Shown here piece by piece: positions 59,770 to 64,000 of a stretch of DNA of 64,000 bases; positions within the stretch are counted from its first letter, which is position 1; each line of letters opens with the position of its first letter. The DNA lies in NCBI GenBank assembly GCA_003221005.1, contig QHTZ01000067.1:69194-133193 (forward strand), read 5' to 3'. A program made the position numbers and the translations under genes. This DNA comes from Gemmatimonadota bacterium. Its GTDB lineage: Bacteria; Gemmatimonadota; Gemmatimonadetes; Gemmatimonadales; GWC2-71-9. The notes below the pieces were generated by a model. The model made no database searches and was not told where the DNA came from. It was given only the letters and a program-made list of their open reading frames with translations.

Positions 59770-60623
59770 GTCCAGCTGGCGCAGGCGCTCGGGGTCCGCG
59801 AGCAGGTCAATTGCGACGATCTTCCCGCGCGCAATCGTGAAGGCGAACACGACGCGCGGCCGTCCGCCCGCGGCCCACACGAGGCCCGCGGTGCCGTTCA
59901 CGAGCGCCAGCTGCGCGGCCTGGGCGCGTCCCTTGAAGGTCTCGGCCACGTCCGCCGCGCCACGGACCTCCGCCGTGGCGCCCATTTTCACTGCTGCGGT
60001 GTCGGCCCGGAGCACGACATCAGGGTCGAGCACAGCGAGCAGTGCCGCGAAGTCCCCGCCCCGCGAGGCGGCCAGGAATGCCTTGACGAGGGCTCGCTGG
60101 CGGGCGCGATCGGCGTCGGATGCCGCGGGCGCACCCTGCACCCGGCGGCGGGCGCGGCTCGCCAGCTGCCTCGCCGCCGCGGGGGAGCGTCCCACGATGG
60201 GAGCGATCTCGTCGAACGGCAGGTCGAACAAGTCGTGCAGCACGAACGCCACGCGCTCTGGCGGCGACAGCGTTTCGAGGACGACGAGGAGGGCGAGCCC
60301 GACCGAGTCCGCCAGGAGCGTTCACGCTCGGGGTCGGCGCCATCCTGGCTGCTCGCGATCGGCTCGGGCACGTGCGCGCCCAGAGGCTCTTCGGGCCGCG
60401 CCTTGCGCGAGCGCAGCAGGTCCAGGCACACTCGCGCGACGATCGTCGTGAGCCATCCCCTCAGGTTCTCGACTCCGCTCGTGTCGGAGCGGCTGAGCCG
60501 GAGCCAGGCTTCCTGGACGGCGTCATCGGCCTCGCTGTGCGAGCCGAGCATGCGGTAGGCCACCGCCCGCAGATGGGTCCGGTTCTCCTCAAACCGTTGC
60601 GCCAGCAATTCACGCTCGTCCAC
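59749..60623 (-). pseudogene. ECF41 (SigJ-like) sigma factor with a SnoaL-like C-terminal domain; 1-nt frameshift near 60320
   Basis: AYRMLGSHSEADDAVQEAW. gaa cg ctc ctg lacks one G of EALL. Then LHDLF, ARQLASRARRR and LLAVLDPDVVLRAD. Confidence 0.85.
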
Positions 60624-60650
60624 GGTCACATCCTTGGGTCGGGTTCCGTC
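60624..60650 (+). promoter_or_regulatory. ECF41-type promoter
   Basis: GGTCACA-N16-CGTC. Confidence 0.65.
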
Positions 60651-60658
60651 ATAGTCTT

Positions 60659-60685
60659 GACGAACGTAACCGTGCCGATGTGACG
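60659..60685 (-). promoter_or_regulatory. ECF41-type promoter upstream of the sigma gene
   Basis: CGTCACA-N16-CGTC. Confidence 0.7.
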
Positions 60686-60827
60686 AGGAGACCGAAGTTC
60701 AACGACCAGCCCGCCTCACGTACAACACCGTCGGACCAACCGCGAAGGGAGACGCAAAGCTCACGCGCGATGCGCGCTGAGCGCGTAAGTTGGCAGACAT
60801 CGCGGCGATCACCAAGGTGGATAGAGC

Positions 60828-60854
60828 AGTCACATTCCCTGGTCGCGGTCCGTC
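60828..60854 (+). promoter_or_regulatory. ECF41-type promoter upstream of the VOC gene
   Basis: AGTCACA-N16-CGTC, followed by an AGGAG RBS. Confidence 0.7.
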
Positions 60855-60887
60855 ATACCCGCAGACCCTCTCAGGAGAGCCCTCGTC

Positions 60888-61244
60888 ATGAGCAAGATGC
60901 AGCTAGGCCCGTACATCAACTTTCAGGGCCAGGCCCGTGAGGCGCTGGAGTTCTATCACCAGGTGCTGGGCGGCAAGCTCGATCCGCAAGCATTAAGACT
61001 CGAGGTCAACGGCGCGGTCCTCATCGGCACGGACGGCCACCCGAGCTACCCTGCCAAGGTCGGCGAGAACATGGCCGTTGCTTTGGGCGGCGCGGACGAG
61101 ACCCGGCTCACCAAGGTATTCAATGGCCTAGCCGACGGCGGCAGGATCAAGGGACCCCTGACCGAGCAGCCGGGGGGCGCCCGGGTTGGCTATGTCATGG
61201 ACAAATTCGGCATCAATTGGGTGGTCAGTATCGAGAAGGCTTAG
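60888..61244 (+). CDS. VOC/PhnB-like protein (appears internally shortened)
   Basis: PYINFQGQAREALEFY and DKFGINW. Confidence 0.8.
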   Translation: MSKMQLGPYINFQGQAREALEFYHQVLGGKLDPQALRLEVNGAVLIGTDGHPSYPAKVGENMAVALGGADETRLTKVFNGLADGGRIKGPLTEQPGGARVGYVMDKFGINWVVSIEKA

Positions 61245-61271
61245 CACAGAGGCAACGGAGGAAGACGCGAC

Positions 61272-61622
61272 ATGAACACCGCGCTCTGGGTAGTGCAGAT
61301 AGTTCTCGCCGCCCTGTATGTCATGGCAGGCCTGCAGAAGGTTACGGGACAAGGGCCGCTGCTCGAAAAAATGATGCCGGGTCTCTCGCTGACCCTGATT
61401 CGCCTAATTGGTCTAGGGGAGGCTCTGGCGGGATTGGGCCTGGTGCTTCCGGCGGCGGCGCGCACTTGGGCGACAATCGCGGGCTGGGCGGGCGCAATCC
61501 TGGCGGTCGAGGCAGTTGTGTTTGTGGTCTACCACCTTTGGCACAGGGCCTATGTGCCCACCGGAGCCACGCTGGTCTTGGGCGTCCTGGCCGCTTTTGT
61601 GGCCTGGGGAAGGCTCAAGTGA
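61272..61622 (+). CDS. DoxX-like membrane protein
   Basis: MNTALWVVQIVLA..AG..K and IGLGE..GLVLP. Confidence 0.85.
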   Translation: MNTALWVVQIVLAALYVMAGLQKVTGQGPLLEKMMPGLSLTLIRLIGLGEALAGLGLVLPAAARTWATIAGWAGAILAVEAVVFVVYHLWHRAYVPTGATLVLGVLAAFVAWGRLK

Positions 61623-61694
61623 TCGGGAGGTCGAACTGGCCCCTTCACAGGGGGGTGTCCATTATTCGGACCACGCTCACTTCGGGAGTCGCCG

Positions 61695-63908
61695 GTGGTC
61701 GATTCGGTTGCCCGCCTCAGGGCCGCGCTCGCGGACCGCTACACGATCGAGCGCGAGCTGGGCCGCGGAGGCATGGCGACCGTGTACCTCGCGGGCGACG
61801 TGAAGAACCGCCGCACGGTCGCCATCAACGTACTCCGACCCGAGCTGGCGTCGCTGCTCGGCCCCGACCGGTTCCTGCGAGAGGTCGAGATCGCCGCCCG
61901 GCTGAATCACCCCCACATCCTGGCGCTGTACGACTCAGGTGACGCCGATGGATTTCTGTTCTACGTCATGCCGTACATCGCGGGCGAGTCGCTCCGCAAC
62001 AAGCTCGAACGCGAGCAGCAGCTGTCCGTGGACGAGGCCCTTGGCATCACCCGGCAAGTCGCTTCCGCCCTCGCCCACGCGCACGCCCACGACGTAATCC
62101 ACCGGGACGTGAAGCCGGAGAACATCCTGCTGCACGAAGGGGAGGCCATGGTCGCGGACTTCGGGATCGCGCTGGCCGTGAGCGCGGCGGCCGACGGGCG
62201 ACTGACGCAGACCGGGATCACGGTGGGGACGCCGGCGTACATGAGTCCGGAGCAGGCCGCGAGCGAGCGGACCCTGGATGCTCGCAGCGACGTGTACAGT
62301 CTCGGCTGCGTGTTGTACGAGATGCTCGCCGGGGAACCGCCGTACACCGGATCCACGGCCCAGGCGTTGATCGCCAAGCGGCTCGTCGATCCCGTGCCCG
62401 CGGTGCGACGGCTGCGCGCCGCGGTGCCGGTGGGCGTCGAGCAAGCGCTCACGAAGGCGCTCGCCAAGGTCCCGGCCGACCGGTGGGCGTCGGCCGTCGC
62501 GTTCGCCGAGGCGCTCACCGCACCAGCCCGCCCCCGCCCGCCGTCCGTCGCGGTCCTGCCGTTCCTCAATCTGAGCGCCGACCCGGAGAACGAGTACTTT
62601 GCTGATGGCATCACGGAAGACGTCATCGCCCATCTGTCGAAGATCCGCGCTCTCAAGGTGATCTCCCGGACCTCGGTGATGGCCTTCAAGCAGCGGGAGC
62701 AAAGTTTGAAGGAGATCGGCGCGAGGTTGGACGCGGCGGCGCTGCTCGAAGGGAGCGTGCGGCGGGTGGGCGATCGGGTGCGGATCGTGGCGCAGCTCAT
62801 CGACGCGGAAACCGACCGGCACCTCTGGGCCGAGACGTATGACCGTCAGCTCACCGATGTGTTCGCGATCCAGACCGACGTGGCGTTGCACATCGCCTCC
62901 GCGCTCAAAGCGGAGCTCTCTCACGATGAGAAGACCAGGCTATACAAGGAGCCGACCGCCGATCTGCAGGCCTATCAGCTCTATCTCCAGGGCCGACATT
63001 GCTACTTGAGGTATACGGAGGAGGGGAGTCGCAAGGGACTCGAGTATTTCGAGCAAGCGATCGCCCAGGACCCCGACTACGCCCTGGCATACGCCGCCCT
63101 CGCCATGGCCTATACGGAGCTCGGGGAGACCGGCGCCCTGCGGCCAGACGAAGCCTACGCTCGAGCCAAAGCAGCCAGCGCGAAGGCGCTGGCCCTCGAC
63201 AGCGGGCTCGGGGAGGCGCACTGCATGCTGGCGTTCATCAAGGCGGTCTGCGACTTCGACTGGCTGGGCGCGGAGGAAGAGTTCAAGCGGGCGCTGGCGT
63301 TGACTCCCAACAGCGCCGATACCTACGACCTGTACGGGCGCATGTGCCTGGCACTGGAGCGGAATGAGGAAGCACTCGCGCTGGAGCGACGAGCCCAAGA
63401 GCTGGACCCGCTCGCGCACCGGGCCGACGTCGCGAGAACGCTGCTACGGATGGGACGCCACGCTGAGGCACTGCAAGCCGCTACACGCGCCATCGAGTTC
63501 GATCCCCACTACGCTCGCGGGCATGCGACGCTCGCGTGGGCGTATCTGAAGAAGGGGATCATCGAGCGAGGCTTGGCGGAATTGGAGACCGCGGTATCAC
63601 TCGCACCTGGTGTCACACAGTGGCTGGCACAGCTCGGGCAAGCGTATGGAATCGCGGGTAAGGTTGCGAAAGCCCGGGACGTGCTGCGTCAACTCGAGGA
63701 GCTCTCGCGGGAGCGATTCGTTTCACCCTACCACATGGCGATCGTCTATACGGGTCTCGACGAGCACGACAGCGCGCTGGACTGGCTGGAGCGAGCCTAT
63801 GAAGAGCGATCGGGCCCCGTGTACAGCGTCAAAGGCTCGTTCCTGTTCACGAGCCTTCACGCGCACCCCAGGTTCACGGCTCTACTGAAGAAGATGAATC
63901 TGGCGTGA
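61695..63908 (+). CDS. Hanks-type Ser/Thr kinase with TolB-like and TPR domains; VAIK lysine reads Asn
   Basis: LGRGGMATVY, VAINVL, HRDVKPEN, DFG, YMSPEQ, SVAVLPF and TPRs. Confidence 0.92.
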   Translation: MVDSVARLRAALADRYTIERELGRGGMATVYLAGDVKNRRTVAINVLRPELASLLGPDRFLREVEIAARLNHPHILALYDSGDADGFLFYVMPYIAGESLRNKLEREQQLSVDEALGITRQVASALAHAHAHDVIHRDVKPENILLHEGEAMVADFGIALAVSAAADGRLTQTGITVGTPAYMSPEQAASERTLDARSDVYSLGCVLYEMLAGEPPYTGSTAQALIAKRLVDPVPAVRRLRAAVPVGVEQALTKALAKVPADRWASAVAFAEALTAPARPRPPSVAVLPFLNLSADPENEYFADGITEDVIAHLSKIRALKVISRTSVMAFKQREQSLKEIGARLDAAALLEGSVRRVGDRVRIVAQLIDAETDRHLWAETYDRQLTDVFAIQTDVALHIASALKAELSHDEKTRLYKEPTADLQAYQLYLQGRHCYLRYTEEGSRKGLEYFEQAIAQDPDYALAYAALAMAYTELGETGALRPDEAYARAKAASAKALALDSGLGEAHCMLAFIKAVCDFDWLGAEEEFKRALALTPNSADTYDLYGRMCLALERNEEALALERRAQELDPLAHRADVARTLLRMGRHAEALQAATRAIEFDPHYARGHATLAWAYLKKGIIERGLAELETAVSLAPGVTQWLAQLGQAYGIAGKVAKARDVLRQLEELSRERFVSPYHMAIVYTGLDEHDSALDWLERAYEERSGPVYSVKGSFLFTSLHAHPRFTALLKKMNLA

Positions 63909-64000
63909 GCGGCTACCTGGTCGCCAGCGCCCGGCGCGCCAGCGCGATCTCCGGCCGCCCTCCATCGGCCTTTGCCATCAGATTCAGGAACTCCTGATAC

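Overview
High-GC bacterial chromosomal segment (GC roughly 70% by eye). The gene repertoire resembles Gemmatimonadota (TPR-containing Ser/Thr kinase, TPR-HD-GYP, DUF5916, CHRD lipoproteins); this is inference. About 70 genes: redox and stress functions (msrAB, msrA, dps, peroxiredoxin, DsbA-like, pirin), nadBAC, an RND efflux operon, rpsU-csp, uppP, arsM, two ECF sigma loci and c-di-GMP proteins. I saw no tRNA, rRNA, CRISPR array or transposase. The stand-out locus is 14250-21682, a candidate undescribed RiPP cluster. A sigma70-type promoter precedes a 30-aa peptide with two [I/V]VETxELxPTCH repeats. It is followed by an aldo-keto reductase with a C-terminal PqqD/RRE-like domain, an atypical DUF692 (MNIO) enzyme and a partner protein. 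Facing away from it is a largely coupled operon of a diverged EgtD-like methyltransferase, a betaine/ergothioneine-type ABC importer and an MFS transporter. Several genes carry small deletions or frameshifts (msrB domain, histidine kinase, DHFR-like gene, ECF41 sigma), which may be real decay or assembly errors. All family calls come from motif recognition by eye; no database searches were run.
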